NCBI GenBank assembly: GCA_013265495.1
Contig: MU058065.1
Location: 4,443,003 to 4,507,002 of the forward strand
Source: Vicugna vicugna
Taxonomy: Eukaryota
Direction of reading: 5' to 3'
Length of the DNA stretch: 64,000 nt
Shown here: piece by piece, positions 1-13,000 of the stretch
How positions within the stretch are numbered: the first letter of the stretch is position 1
How the letters are laid out: each line of letters opens with the position of its first letter
The notes under the pieces: model-generated
Seen by the model: only the letters and a program-made list of their open reading frames with translations
Told to the model about the DNA's origin: nothing
Databases searched by the model: none
Program-made: the position numbers and the translations under genes

Positions 1-172
1 ATGCCTCACACACATGCAGCCTCCCTGCTAACAATGACCCCTCCATCCCCAGAGAGGTACATTTGTTGCTATTGATGGACCTACATTAACATATGATTAT
101 CACCCAAATCCATATTGGGGTTCACTTTTGGTGTCGTACAGTCTATGGATTTTGACAAATGTACAACAGCAC
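1..172 (-). mobile_element. Old L1 (L1MC/MD-like) 3' UTR fragment, left part
   Basis: 'ggtacatttgttgctattgatggacctacattaaca...gggttcacttttggtgtcgtacagtctatggattttgacaaatgta' matches recalled antisense L1MC-type 3' UTR; the consensus resumes at ~1264. Confidence 0.75.
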
Positions 173-1264
173 TGAAGGGATTTCGAGTATGCCACCCCCA
201 AATATGCTTCTCTGGCACAAGGATTATTTTAAGCTGAAGGCAACTGAGAAAAAGCAGACCCAGGACCAACTCTCTGCCCTCCCCCTCCCTGCCAGGACGG
301 CCAGGAGATTCTTAATCACCAGAGACAATTCTAGACTCTTCTCAGCCTAGAGATGACATCAGAGGAATCTACATAACACATCTTACTAACTAGCCTTTAT
401 CTTCCATTAATTTCCACATTTATTTACCTTCCTACAGTCTACTGTCCTTTGAAGCCTAAAAATCTTTTCCTTTGTTTTGTCACTTCTCTACAAATGTATT
501 GTTGTTTGTTTGGAAGCTATGTGAACCCCAAGTTCTGAGCATCCCTTTGAGTTACTTATGACCGACTTCTCCTGTTTTTACCAAGTGCAAACTCATTCTA
601 CTCACTGCATGACAGGTCAATAAATTGGTAGACAAGGTGTTGGGGCAAGGAATAATGGCTTTATTCAGAAAGCATGCAGACTGAGAAGATGGGGACCAAT
701 GTCCTAGAGAACCATCTTCCCTAAGTCAGAATTCAGACTCCTTTTAATATTAAAAAGGGGAGATGGGTGTGGTTGATTGTTGCAAACTTCTTGGTGTCAG
801 AGTCCTTTGTTCTTGCAACTGTCCATGTAAATCAGGTCAGGATATTCCTGCAAACCTCGAACAAGACAAATGTTATTCTCTGTTCTGCAACTTTTTATCT
901 CTAAATGAATGGAAAAGTATCATACCTTTAAAGGTCAGAGCCTTGAGCTGAGCTCTCCTGTATATTTCAGGCTATCCGCAACATTCTTTTACAAAAGGTG
1001 CAGGACCAGCATGACTGAGCCCAGGAGACAGGGCGCAGGGTTAGAGCTAAAGAAATAAATCTCATATGGAGTAGGATTTGTTCTTCTCTGTTACACTGTG
1101 TGTATGCATGATGCATGCATTCATAAGCTTCTGTTTGTTTTGTTTTGTTTTATTTTCCTGTTAAATTTTATTTTGTCAGTTTAATTTGCAGGGTCCCAGT
1201 TAGGAACCTAGCAGTATAAAGAAGAGAAAAAAAATAACCTTACAACCTTTTTTTCCTTCCTATA
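173..1264 (+). mobile_element. MER34-like ERV1 solo LTR, interrupted at 576-1095
   Basis: Starts TGAAGGGATTTCGAGTATGCCACCCCCAAATATGC...GGCACAAGGATTATTTTAAGCTGAAGGCAA, the MER34-type 5' end; ends ...ttccttcctata. Confidence 0.75.
576..1095 (-). mobile_element. MER41-like (cetartiodactyl) ERV1 solo LTR
   Basis: Minus strand begins TGTAACAGAGAAGAACAAATCCTACTCCATAT; minus-strand AATAAA (plus 'tttatt' 660-665); exact 4-bp TSD CTGT at 572-575 and 1096-1099. Confidence 0.8.
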
Positions 1265-1345
1265 CATGTATCCTTTGTTGTAGTATCATACAGAATATTT
1301 TCATTCACTGCCCTAAAATCCTCTGTGATCTGTCCATTTATCATT
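1264..1345 (-). mobile_element. Old L1 (L1MC/MD-like) 3' UTR fragment, right part
   Basis: 'acatgtatcc...tagtatcatacagaata...ttcactgccctaaaatcctctgtg' continues the consensus interrupted at 172. Confidence 0.7.
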
Positions 1346-2448
1346 TATCTACATTTTTAGTACCGTAATTTAGGCTACATGATGGTCAAACAAAGCAGAA
1401 CCCGTTTGGACCTCTAATGCAGGACAAATGGAAGAAAAACACTTTTCAGCAGTGCTCAATAAACATTTGGCCAATCCCGTGGGATGACATGCCCTTACCT
1501 CAAAAAACCTTGGTGATGATCTAAGAGTCTCACTTTAGGAGTTGAGTCTTCCCAAGTATATAAAACATCGGAGATGACTTGAAATGACATTAAGCCAAAA
1601 GCTTACTATAAGAGGTGTAATAATTACTGAAAAGCTAAATAGAAACTTCAGCCAAAACAGAACTTGTTTTGAAGAAAGCATCTCCATTTCACAGGGCAAA
1701 GACTGCCACTCCACACAGCCGACGGGATAGTTGCTGGCAGACGGCCAGCTCCCTGGGCTGTGGCTCACTTCTGTTCCACAGATCATGGTCCCAGGATATT
1801 TCTAAAATGAGTCACTTCACTGCCACATTAATGATAGCACAATTCATTCTGAATCATAGAAAACAGCACTGGAAGTTGGAAATTTAATCAAATCCTTGGC
1901 ATTTCCAATTAGGATTATAAGGTGTTTTATGTCATTCTTTCACAGCATTTCAAAATGACACAAAAACTTTTGCTTTACTCTCAGAACAAATCATCCCCAA
2001 ATCTAGACCACGAATATCACATCAGATTGAAATCCTCCTTGAAACGGCCTGTCTGTAAGAATCAGCCCTCTTGGGCCAATATTTAATGATTCACTCTTTC
2101 TTTTGGCAGCAGCCAACGCCTTGCAAAGAACATAACTCAAAGGGTCTGAAATTGTCTAGAGATCTTGAAAGTCCATAAAACAAAAGGACAACATACAAGA
2201 CCTTTGTGGAAAGTGCTCAGATGGCTTGGAAATACCAAATCAATTCTTATTTTAAATAGTAAAAAAAAAAAAAAAGACCACTCAATATTTAGAGAAGCTC
2301 AAAAATAGTAAGAACAATTTGTTGATATTTGTTTTTCTATAAGAGTGCTGTGGAATTCAAAGGGGGAAAAGAGAGATAAAGAAGTGGAATTCAAAAGGGA
2401 AGAAGAGAGATATAGAAAGAGGAACATACATAACTCTTGTGTGTGTCA

Positions 2449-2478
2449 AACACACACACACACACACATACATACACA
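2449..2478. repeat. (CA)n microsatellite, imperfect
   Basis: Direct reading. Confidence 0.9.
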
Positions 2479-3265
2479 CCTGGTGCACATAGATGAGCTG
2501 CTTTGAAATGAGGCTGCAGCTGGTGAGAATGGCTTCCTTCTCAGAGATGGGGGGCTCTTCCTCCCTCCAAGCCTGCAGCACCTGCTGGTGTCTGACTGTG
2601 CTGGGAGGGGCTCTAAGCCCCAGGTTGCTTGGTCCTGAGCTCACTCGTCCCATCAGGGAGTGATTATATAGAACAAAAGCTCTGAGCGCCATATTCTCTA
2701 AGAGGATTTAGGGAAAAATCTCTGAAGGAAGAAAGAACTGTGACTTCAAAGCTCCCTTGCAGGTGGAAAGTTCCTAATTCATTAATGAAAAAGAGGAGGG
2801 AAGAGGGGGACTTGATAAATGTCAGAGGAACTGAAGATAAAATTCCTGGGTGGAATGTTTGCTGACGGTTGGTTTTCTTAATACGCCAATATATTAACAT
2901 AGGCCCAATCTTTTAAGCCATTTTCGATTGTAGTTATCACAGTGAAATACTTGGCTTTGGATATAGGAGAGATTTGTAAAATTGTAATTCTGATTTTGCT
3001 TAATACCTTTCATAGCCTCTCATTTGTCACGTGCACACTTATTTATTCTAATACTTTATGGCTCAATCTGGAATTATGTTTTTTTTCCCACTGATGTAGC
3101 TTTCAGTATGGAATTATCCATTTCCCTTTGAAAACCAAAAATGTCACTTACACATGATAATTGGGATAACGGAACCCCACTTTGTATCTCTTTGAACGAT
3201 ATACTGCAATGATACCATGGCCCATGTGTTACAGAATGTGACATCAACAGTAAAACTTGTGCTTC

Positions 3266-3654
3266 TGGCTAATGGATGGAATGGTCTCCCTCCTCAACTC
3301 CCAATTCATATGGTGAAGCCTTAACCCAGATGAGACTGAATTTGGACACAGGGCCTTGAAGAAGGTAATTAAGGTTAAACGAAGACATAAAGGTGGGCCC
3401 CAATCCATGGGAATGGTGCCCTTATGAGAACAAGAGGCGATACCAGGAGCTGCACGCACAGGGGAAAGGCCATGTGAGGACACAGGGAGCAGGTGGCTAT
3501 CCGGAAGCCAAGAAGAATGATCTCATCCGAAACCAACCCTGCCAGCACTCTGAACTTGGACTTCCAGCCTCCAGATCTGTAAGGAATAAATTTCTGCTGT
3601 TTAAGCCACCCAGTTTGTGTGATTTTAATATGGCATTTCCAGCAAACTAATACA
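3266..3654 (+). mobile_element. MLT1A-like MaLR solo LTR
   Basis: 'ggacttccagcctccagatctgtaaggaataaatttctgctgtttaagccacccagt...agcaaactaataca' is the MLT1 3' end; about 390 bp. Confidence 0.9.
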
Positions 3655-5377
3655 TCCTGTATCTCAGGACACTAGTTACAGAAGTTTCATGTGCTTTATG
3701 TTTTTGAGCAGTGGAAGTTCCATCATTGGCCCAAAGCTGAACTAGGATGACATTCTTTCTTACAAATGGGGCAGAATTCAATCTCTCCACCTCTTCCTCA
3801 AATGCAGAACCAAAGCAGGCAGAACATGACAGTATGACAAAAAAAAATTCCAAGTGGATCAGGACACAGATAATTCTGTTGGTCACATCTGTGGGTTTTC
3901 AACTTCCCAGCATATACTCATGAGGAACTAATAGAAAGTTTACTGCTTTTTAAAAAAAGAGAGAGGAAGTAGGAAGTCAAAATGACAAAAACAAACTGGA
4001 TTTAAAAATTGAAAGTCTTCCATAACAAAAACAGAAGTCTTGATATCTATATTTACTCACTGACATAAAATTAAACGTGTTGGTGCTTACAGAGGTCCAT
4101 GATCAGCAAACTCTTCTTGGTGGTCTAAGAAAGAGGAAATTCCATGATGTTTTTTTTAAAAATTAGTGTCTTCTAATTTTATGTGTTGTGCTAATTATTT
4201 ACAAGGGTACTGTATTATGTATATAATCAGAAAAAATTCTAGCCATATTATTCTTTTCCTGTGTAAAGTAAATTGCAGTTTTCTAGAATAGGATCAGATT
4301 TAGAGCTGTCGCTCCACCCTGATACACATGATGAGCTGATGGAGTACTAGTAACACGTATTTTCTCTCTGCAGACCAAGACTTGTCTGAGCTTGTCTGTG
4401 GTCTCTGTGTGTTCTTCTCCCAGTTGCTGCATGGTATGTATCCATTTGGATGTACATCACTATGTTACTATGGGCACCAGGGAAGCAGTTGCTCTTACAG
4501 AATCTAACCATTCAAAGCCACCTTCAGTCTGGTAGGCGGTAGAATTGCATGTGAATCCACAGTGGATGGGCTCCTGGAAACAGCTATATACATACATGGT
4601 TTACATCACGCAGATGTGTGCAAACCGCCTGCACTCTTCTGTGTCCATTTTCTAGAAGGGAATCTACAAGGTCTGGAAATAGCAAACAGGGTGTGACTAG
4701 GATGAGACAGGGCATGGGGGTCATTGTGGCCAAGCCTTGTAGATGAGGTGGTGATGTGGTGATGCAATCGGAGCCAAGGTGCTGGTTGCAGCTCTTCTAC
4801 AGGTGACAATGACAACAGCAACCGGACACACACACCAGGTACTGTGGTCCACACCAGCCTCAGCCCAGCTGACACCACAGGTAATTAACAAGCCCTGTGT
4901 GTAAGGTCACTTTACCTTGTCTGGTTGGAGCAGATTCTGTGGAGTAATTTAGTTCTGATTGTAAGGCTGTTCTTTCCACGAGAGGGAAAATCACCAAGTG
5001 GTGTAGGTAAGAACTCTGGTTCATCTTTCCTCGCTGATGGATGCTTTTTAGAAGTCTCTTTTACCCTTAGGGAGGTACGCTTCAACTTTGCAATAGAAAA
5101 ACAGATCAGGTGCTCCTGTCAACCTCAGGAAGACCTATAAGATAGAATATTTCAAAGTTACTTAATGATGACTAATCTTGTTACATTGAGAAATAAAGAA
5201 TACTCAACAAACGTAAATCTTATAAAAGGGAATCCTATCTTTTTTTCTATCTAAAGAATTAGGAATTTGGAGGAGGAATGAAAAACAAATGTCAAAATAA
5301 ATGTGTAAAAACTTCACTGGGAAGTAATTTTGATGTAAAATTTTGATTATACTTCAGATACCGTGGTATTGGCTGGC

Positions 5378-5882
5378 TAGATTAGTGTTCTATTGCTGCA
5401 GTAACCGATTTACACAAACCAAATAGCTTAAAACAACTCGTATTTATTATCTTACAGTTTGGAGGCCAGAAGTCTGACAGGGATCTCACTGGGCTAAAAT
5501 CAAGGTGTTGGCAGGGCTGCATTCCTTCTGGAAGCTCTAGAGGAAAATCAGTTTCCTTTCTTTTCCAGCTTCTGGAAGCTGCCCGCATTCCTTGGCTCAA
5601 GGATCCCCCTCCTCCATCTTCAAAGCCAATGATTTTGCATCTCTGTGATCCTTCTGCTTCTGTAGAGGTCACTCTGATCACAACCAGGCAAGATTCTCTG
5701 CTCTTAAGGACCCACTGCATTATATTGGTCCTATTCAGATAATCCAGGATAATCTCCCCATCTCAAGGTCATTAACTTAATCACAGGGATAACGTCTCTT
5801 TTGCCAGGTGAGGTAACATGTTCACAGGTTCCAGGGATTAGGACATGGACATTTTTGGGAGGCTATAATTCTGCCTGCCACA
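5378..5882 (-). mobile_element. MLT1D-like MaLR solo LTR
   Basis: 'aaaatcaaggtgttggcagggctgcattccttctggaagctctagagg' and terminal 'gggattaggacatggacat...ctgcctgccaca'. Confidence 0.9.
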
Positions 5883-7067
5883 CTGACTATGAAGTGTGGT
5901 GTTTCAATACAGAATAATAACACTGAAAATGTTTGCACAGGGATTTTCGAGTCTGATGACATTTCACTCCCATTACCAATGCCTGTGTATTTTCATGAAA
6001 ATAGGCTCTTTGAAAAGAGACAATATCATTTTATGATGTCAAAGCAACAAGAATTAACCTTGAACAGCAAAATTCTTACAGCATAACGGCACCCAGTCAT
6101 ATTGCTGCATTAATTACCTGGTGGTGGACCATTGTGTTTCATGTAGGTGATGTTTGTAAATGTAATTATTTAAGCATAAAGCAATAATTTGTCCATATTT
6201 AAAGCAGTTAGCAAACATTAATTTGTGAGGATCAAGTAACAGGAAATAATTTGTGATGAGGAAAATTACACTGAAATCTGGAAATCTAAGTATGTAAGGT
6301 TCTTCATTTTCTTTTCCATTTTGTAGAGTGGCTTTTTATTACTAACTCATCTGTAAGGCTAATGAATTGTCTCCTTAAACACTGTACTTAGTTTTATGGT
6401 TTAAAAAATAGTATGATTAAAGCATGTTAAGTGAGAGAGGCTTTCTGAACTCCATTGCATTTGGCTAGTGAAAGCAAATTGCATAATTATTACTTTGCTG
6501 GCTTATAATGTTGGTTCCAATATTCAAGTTCACTGTCTCAGTATATTAAATAAAAAAGAGAGCCAGTAATTGGGATTATGTGATATTACTAAAGAAGAGA
6601 TTCCTCAAGAATGGAGACTATATGGTATTCACATATGAAAATTTTCTGTTATTAATGTTTTCACTTGGGATTTTTAGAAAGTAGTTAATTTCCAATTAAT
6701 TTCTAATTAATTGCAGTGGATGCTTTGGTTGTTTTCTTGGCATATGTTTCCTCTTTCCTCCTTCCCAATATGACCCCAGCTGTTCAGATTGTATGAGCGG
6801 GTTGCTTCTCATCTAATACTTGAGTCAAGGCATCTAAGCAAATGAATGATTTCCCTCCATCGGCCACAGGGAATGCCATAGCATGGCCCTATACCCCAGA
6901 GTTTGTCTATGGTGTTTCCAGCTGGGAGCTTTAGTTTATGGTCTGGGAACTCTTTCTATTGGATGGCATTGCATGGAGATGTCAGTCTTGAAAAATACAA
7001 GAAAAGAATACTTGAGCATAAGGCTTGCTGCTTTGTGAGGAGTAATTATATATATATTTTTTCTTTT

Positions 7068-7530
7068 TGATGATCAGTTTGGTGCAAACACCAGCTATCA
7101 GATCAGCCTGGAGTGGTGTATGAATGTTACAGAGATTTATTATACTCATAGGTTCTAGAAGAGGGGTGCACAGCAAAACCAGAGGGCCAAACAGAGGACC
7201 CCCAAAACCCTGAAGTGGGGTTTGTCAGCTGAATGCAGGGAGAGAGAGAGCGAGAGCCAAATGGACCTGTGGACAGCAGCCTTTATGGGGGAGTCAAGGG
7301 CGGGAAGGCTTTTGGCAGACAGGAAGAACACTCATTGGTTAGTTTGAATGTACTTGGGTCAACAGGAAGGGGTGATGGGGGAGGAAACAGAGATGTCTTC
7401 ATGAGGTGTATTGCTTGGTTGTATGTGTTTAAGTGGATGGAGGTGGGGTGGATTCAGGGAAACTGGGTAAAGGGTCGAAGACAATTGGGCAGGGGACAGA
7501 CACCGAGGCAACCAACACATTAGCCTTACA
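7068..7530 (-). mobile_element. Probable old ERVL LTR (MER73/MER74-like)
   Basis: 'tgatgatcagtttggtgcaaacaccagctatcagatcag...tttattatactcatagg' resembles the antisense end of MER74-group LTRs; segment ends in 'ttaca'. Confidence 0.5.
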
Positions 7531-7999
7531 TGACACGGCTTAAACAAAAGGAGAAAGATGTTCCTGAAAGAATTGCAGAGACTTGGAGGCGAAACCCTGA
7601 TACACAGAGCCTGAGCCTTAATTACCTCTGAAATTTTCAAGTCATGCGAACTCCATAGCCCTCATGTTTTTTGAGACAGTGTACTTTGTGTGTTGTTACC
7701 TTCAATCAAAAGCATCTTAAATGATGCCTCAAGCAATATGTAGATACATTCTCCTGTCAACAAATACAAATGCACCTAAACTGACTGCCTTGCTTAATTC
7801 CAAAGCATATACACAATGAGAGTGCCAGGAGTTTTAGTCTCACTTCAGTTATCACTAAGATTTAAAAACATCATTGAGAAATGTACTGAATATATGTGCA
7901 TATATTTCCAAATTTAGATGGGTCCAGAGAACCAGATCAACCATAATCCTTGGATCATAACCAGTGAGGCCTCTTTGCCCCATTGCATAGCTCTCTTGT

Positions 8000-8280
8000 T
8001 TATGTAATTTGCTTCTATAATAATGGACACCCAAACCCACTCAAGAACTAAAGCGTCCCAATGTCTTACATCAACCCAAGAGTCACCTCCCTCCCTCCCC
8101 AAAAAGTAACGGCTATCCTGACAGCTGTGTTGGACTTTCCCTTCTTTTCTATATTTACTTTGATCACCATACTTGTGTGTCTAACAGCATATTGTTTGTC
8201 ATTGTGTTTTAATATCATTAGTGGGATTATGCTTTATGTAGTCTTCTGGGATTTGCACTTTTCAGCCAATTTATATATAT
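8000..8280 (-). mobile_element. L1ME-like 3' fragment
   Basis: 'cctccctccccaaaaagtaacggctatcctgac...gtgggattatgctttatgtagtcttctggg'. Confidence 0.6.
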
Positions 8281-8289
8281 AAATCAGTT

Positions 8290-8428
8290 CAGCAGTTAAA
8301 AAAAAATGATGTCTGGATCCCACAGAAGAACAATTAAAGCTCTGTCTTTGGAGGTGGGGACCTGGCATTGGTATTTTTAAAATCTCCCCATGGTGATTTT
8401 CATTTGCAGTCCAGAGTGAGAACCATTT
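8290..8428. mobile_element. MER5A-like hAT-Charlie fragment
   Basis: 'ggtggggacctggcattggtatttttaaaatctcccc...gtgattttcatttgcagtccagagtgagaacca'. Confidence 0.75.
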
Positions 8429-8719
8429 TCAAAAGTAATTCTAGTTAGTAAATTATCTGTCTGTATTTACTAAAGCCAGATGTTTTGTGTGATTTAATTC
8501 TTATGTGGAACAGCTGAAAGAGGAACTCCTACGGGGAGAGTAGCTGCCACTGCTAAATGTGGTGGAGACAAGTAGCTTCTCTCTTTTTCAAGCCCAAATC
8601 CATTCTGTTTCTGCCAGTGACTTCAGGAGGAGTGAGTTAATACATCCACTGCTTTCCAAAGTTGTGATGGAGGAATGTTCTGTTGGTGGCACTTAAACAG
8701 TGAAGGGAAGTGTAGATTA

Positions 8720-9230
8720 TTTTAGTATAGAGAAATGTCCTTCTTTAATATCAAAGCAAAGGAGCAAACCATAAAGTAAATTACCGACACATTTGTCTAC
8801 TATTAAAACAGATAACTTTTTATATGAGAAGATTGTATATTTCACATTGATAGGAGAAACAATGAAATAACAGTTTAAGACACAAATAACTTTTTCGTAT
8901 CAGTGTGAAAGTGATAAACAAGTCAAAATGGGCAAAGGATGTGAATATACAAAAGGGCTACGAATACCCAGTGATAGATGGGTAGCCACACTGATCAGTA
9001 TCACCATCCCAAAGAAATGCATATAGTGTCAGTTATGTTCCATCAATGATAATACCCTGTGCTGATAAGAGTGTATGTGACAGATAATTTTTAAACACAA
9101 ATCATGAGCGTATGTGTTGATGCAACCTTCTTCAGACACTCTGTATCAAAATCGTCCCCTTCTTAGAATTTATTAAAAATGGAAAAATAGTCTAAACATA
9201 CGCTAGCAAGACATCAATAAAGTATATCAT
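8720..9230 (+). mobile_element. Highly decayed L1M ORF2 3' fragment
   Basis: 'aaaatgggcaaaggatgtgaata', 'aaagaaatgcata', 'accataaag...gacacatttgtctactattaaaa'. Confidence 0.55.
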
Positions 9231-9437
9231 GGCACACTTGTGCTGTGTTTTTTTTGTTGTTTTGATTTTGATTTTGTGTATGTGTGTGTGTGTGTGTGTG
9301 TTTTCCTTTTTTAAGTTTTCCAGCATTTGAATCATCAGCCTGTGTTTAAGGCATTTCCCAATTTCTAAGTCTTGTTGAGGAGGGAAGGGGCAGATTGTCT
9401 CACTTGTTACAGAAAGTGAAAACCTAGCAGACTGGAC

Positions 9438-9812
9438 GGCCTTAGTTTGCTGGGGCTGCCACAACAAAGAACCACGGACTGTGCGCCTTAAACAACAGAA
9501 ATTTATTTTCTCGTTATTCTGGGAGCTAGAAGTCCAAGATCAAGGTGTCAGCAGAGCTGGCTTCTTCTGGGATCTCTCTCCATGGCTGTAGATGGCCTTC
9601 TCCCATGTCTTCACAGGGTCTTCCCTCTGTAACGGCGGTGTCTAGATTTTCTCTTCTTATAAGGATGCCAGTCTTATTGGATTAGAGCTTGCTCTAATGA
9701 CCTCATTTTAACTTGTTTGCCTATTTAAAGACTCTGTCTCCAAATACAGTCATGTTGTGAAGGACTCCAACATGAGTTTAGGAGGCAAAGGCAAACAAAT
9801 GAACCCCAGACA
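9438..9812 (-). mobile_element. MLT1B-like MaLR solo LTR
   Basis: 'cttaaacaacagaaatttattttctc...gctagaagtccaagatcaaggtgtcagcag...tcttataaggatgccagtcttattggattag'. Confidence 0.9.
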
Positions 9813-9849
9813 CTCACTTACTCAGCATTGTTTTCTGATAGGATGTCAG

Positions 9850-10229
9850 CCTTTGACTTGGGCTCAGCCAATCTGATTCATTCTCTCTGGAATTTGCATT
9901 GGCAACTAGTTACACAAAGATGCATGGGCAGTAGAAAATTCTTTCTGGTAGAAGTAGAAGGTAACGCTGGAAGCAACCTCCAGTTTCTGGGTCAATAGTA
10001 GCCGTGGCATTGGGTTGTAAACTGTGTGTTCCGAAATGAAGAGGCAGAAGCAGTAATGTCCTCACCAGATGAGTTCTACTTCTATTGTTCATGACTTTTT
10101 ATGAGTCTATATCACCAGCCATCTCACTGAGTTTACAAGATACCCAATATCCTCCCAATAAAAGTCTCTCTCCTTAAATCATCTGAAGCTAGTTTCTATG
10201 GCTTGCAGCCAACAACCCTGACTGATATA
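9850..10229 (+). mobile_element. Old ERVL LTR (LTR33/LTR16-group-like)
   Basis: 3' end 'aataaaagtctctctccttaaat...agtttctatggcttgcagccaacaaccctgactgatata'. Confidence 0.5.
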
Positions 10230-10231
10230 CC

Positions 10232-10550
10232 TCATAGAATGAAATATTATACAGCCATTAAAATACGGTTTTCTAAGAATTTTAATGGTGTTGGAAAATC
10301 TTTGTGACATTCTACTAAGTGAAAAAAAGGCTCCAATACAGTAGATAACTTATGATCTCAGTTTTATCTAAACATTATGTTATATAATCATAGACAGTGA
10401 TTGGATGAAAATATATCAAATGTTTATAGTAATTATAATAATTATCTCTGCATAAGGAGATTATAGTTGACTCATGTGTTCTTCTTTAGATTTGCCTGTG
10501 TCTTATAAATATTCTTTATATATTACTTTTATTATCTTATAACATTTAGA
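10232..10550 (+). mobile_element. L1MC/ME 3' UTR fragment
   Basis: 'aatgaaatattatacagccattaaaa...ctaagtgaaaaaaagg...aaaatatatcaaatgtttatagta'. Confidence 0.65.
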
Positions 10551-11799
10551 AAAGGAAAACTCAGCTCGACATGGCCTTTTGGAATTCTCCTTGTTTCCAT
10601 GAGCTTAACCTAAATGTATCTGTCTCTGCTTTCACGGAGATCCTTAAGACAGTTCTTATTACTCCTTGTGGCTTTAACATGGTCCCCAGCTCTCTGAACT
10701 CACTTGTCAGTATCTCCTACCAAACTGTAAGTTTCTTTAGGAGAGTTACTAAACTTTACATCCCACAGTAGCAGTGACAAACATCTGACGTAGAGTAAAT
10801 GGACAGTAAACTTTGTTGAATGAAAGAATAAACTTTCTTTAATCTGATTTGATAGTTTTCCTCAGTTGTGATAAAGCTGTTTTATGAAATTGCTGTGGTG
10901 ACTACAATTCTAATGTAGTATCCTTGAGCTTTGATATCATTTGATTATTTATCTAAAGTAGAAAGAATTAACATTACTATTTAGGGTTTATCCCATCTAT
11001 AAAGTAAGTATATTAAATAACACTTTCCTCCCATAACAGTGAGAAATAGACTAAGGGATATAGGAAAATGACTTCATAGGTTGCCGACACCTAAAATAAG
11101 TAATCAATTATGTTAACTATTAATATTTATCATCAAATCATTAAGCCAGAAGCATAGAGCTAGTTAGATTTTATTTTGCATGCAGTTCTTAGGTCAGATA
11201 CTACGTCAGTTCCAGGCCACTGCTGGAGAGTCAGGGCCCAGTTTCAGGATCACTCTGATCTCACCTGTAGGAGGAAGCAGGCACCCCACTTCGTGGACTG
11301 TAATTCCACTCAAATTCAGCACATGATCCTATCCTAACTTAAAGCAATTTGTTTAAGCAGGCCAACCAGATTCTTGGCCTGTGGTTGTGGCTGGTCGCCA
11401 TTCTGTGTTAGTGGCCACACTCTAGACCCCTACTCCTCAAAGGGCCCATTTGCAATGAGATGAAGGGCTTGTGCCTGAATGTCAATCAACACACTGCCCT
11501 CTTTGTCAAGAAAGTCTTGCTATGAAAAGATTGTCAGCTCAGCTTACCAGTCCATTGAATAAACCACTTTTGAAGAGCAGACGTCGAGGGCCACAAATTC
11601 CCCAAACTGAGCGTCCTGTTCTGACCTTTCCCAAGTTTGATTGTCCTATCTTTCTAAAAATCTTGTTGATTCTCATTGCTTGCCCAAGCAACCATAATAA
11701 CCTAAACTTATATGTTAAGGCTATGCGGAAGGCATCACGGAGCCCAGCAATGTGGATTTTGAAGTCATGCTCGTAGTGGTGGGCAGGCGAACCATGGGC

Positions 11800-13000
11800 G
11801 GATGAACATGAACGAGACCCCTGAAGAGAAGAGCCTACTGATAGAAAGTAAAGCCATAATTCACCGGTTTATGTATGGAGCTGGAATTGGGAGAGACATG
11901 ATCAGAGGGAAATAGGAAGGGACATCGGAGAGTAGGAAAGAGCCAGGAAGGTATACACCATAAAATCCTAGGGAGGAAGCTGTTTGACAGAGGAGATCTC
12001 AGTCTATGGCATCTGCTTCAGTTAAGCTGGGCTATGTAGGGTCAAATATAAACTCAAGTCTTTTAATGGCTTAATGTAATAGAAGTCTATTTATTGCTCA
12101 CCTAATAGTCCAAGGTGGGTGGTCATGGTTGCTGATGCTTCAGGGATAAAAGTTCCTTCCATCTTATGCCTCCAGACCATATAATGCTTTGCTGTTATTG
12201 CCTGAGAGAGAGGGACTAGGAAAAATCCTTGATCTGAAAGTGACTTATGCCGTCTGCTTATATTTTATTGGCAAGTACTAGCCGCAGCCAAATATAAATA
12301 CAAGTCAGGAGGCTTCCTCCTAGAACTAAATCTCTGCTCTGGGAGTGGGAGATGCATTTGGGTAGACAGTTGGCTTCTCTTCCTCAGTGTTTGATGCCCA
12401 AGCAAGGCTAAGTTAACAAGGCTTGAGGAATACAGTGGCTGCCTTTGCTGATTCCAAATCACTTGGCGATCTTCAGCAGAGAGAGAGGAACTGAAACCAT
12501 AGTTCACCTGCTAAAAGGAAGATGGATATTTGAAGAGGTGCAGAAAGAAGGGATAGGCTTCTCTTCCAAATATCCAGGCAGTGCAAGGGCAACAAGAGAA
12601 ATGCTAACAGATTGAAGAGTAGCAGACTAGAACGAAAGGTTTTATTTTGATAACTAAGTTGATCTGAGGATGCACAGAATGAGTAGAAAGAGTGGAAACG
12701 AGATACGAACAGCAAGAAAAGGGGCTGGAGAACACAGGTGCAGGGATTAACAAGGAGCAGGAAGAAGACAAACCTTCCGGAGAGACTGGAGATTAAAAAG
12801 GAAGTGGGCACACATGGCACGTCAATGGAGGAAAACAGACAGAGTTTGCTGCTGAGTACCGTCTGGACAAGCAGGAAGAAAGGCTGTGTGCTGAGATTAA
12901 GGATCAGGGATGTAAGCTCGGGTTTCAGGGAGGTTATAGCAACCATGGAATCTCCAGTGCAGACCTAGGGAGAAATGTCAGCAGATAAATAAAATGACTG
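11800..13000 (-). mobile_element. Decayed L2 LINE, interrupted by an MLT1 LTR at ~12015-12385
   Basis: Purine-rich antisense L2-like text, e.g. 'gagccaggaagg...ctagggaggaagctgtttgacagaggag' and 'ggagagactggagat'. Confidence 0.5.
12015..12385 (-). mobile_element. MLT1J/K-like MaLR LTR
   Basis: 'cagttaagctgggctatg...ttaatggcttaatgtaatagaagtctatttattgctcac'. Confidence 0.6.
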
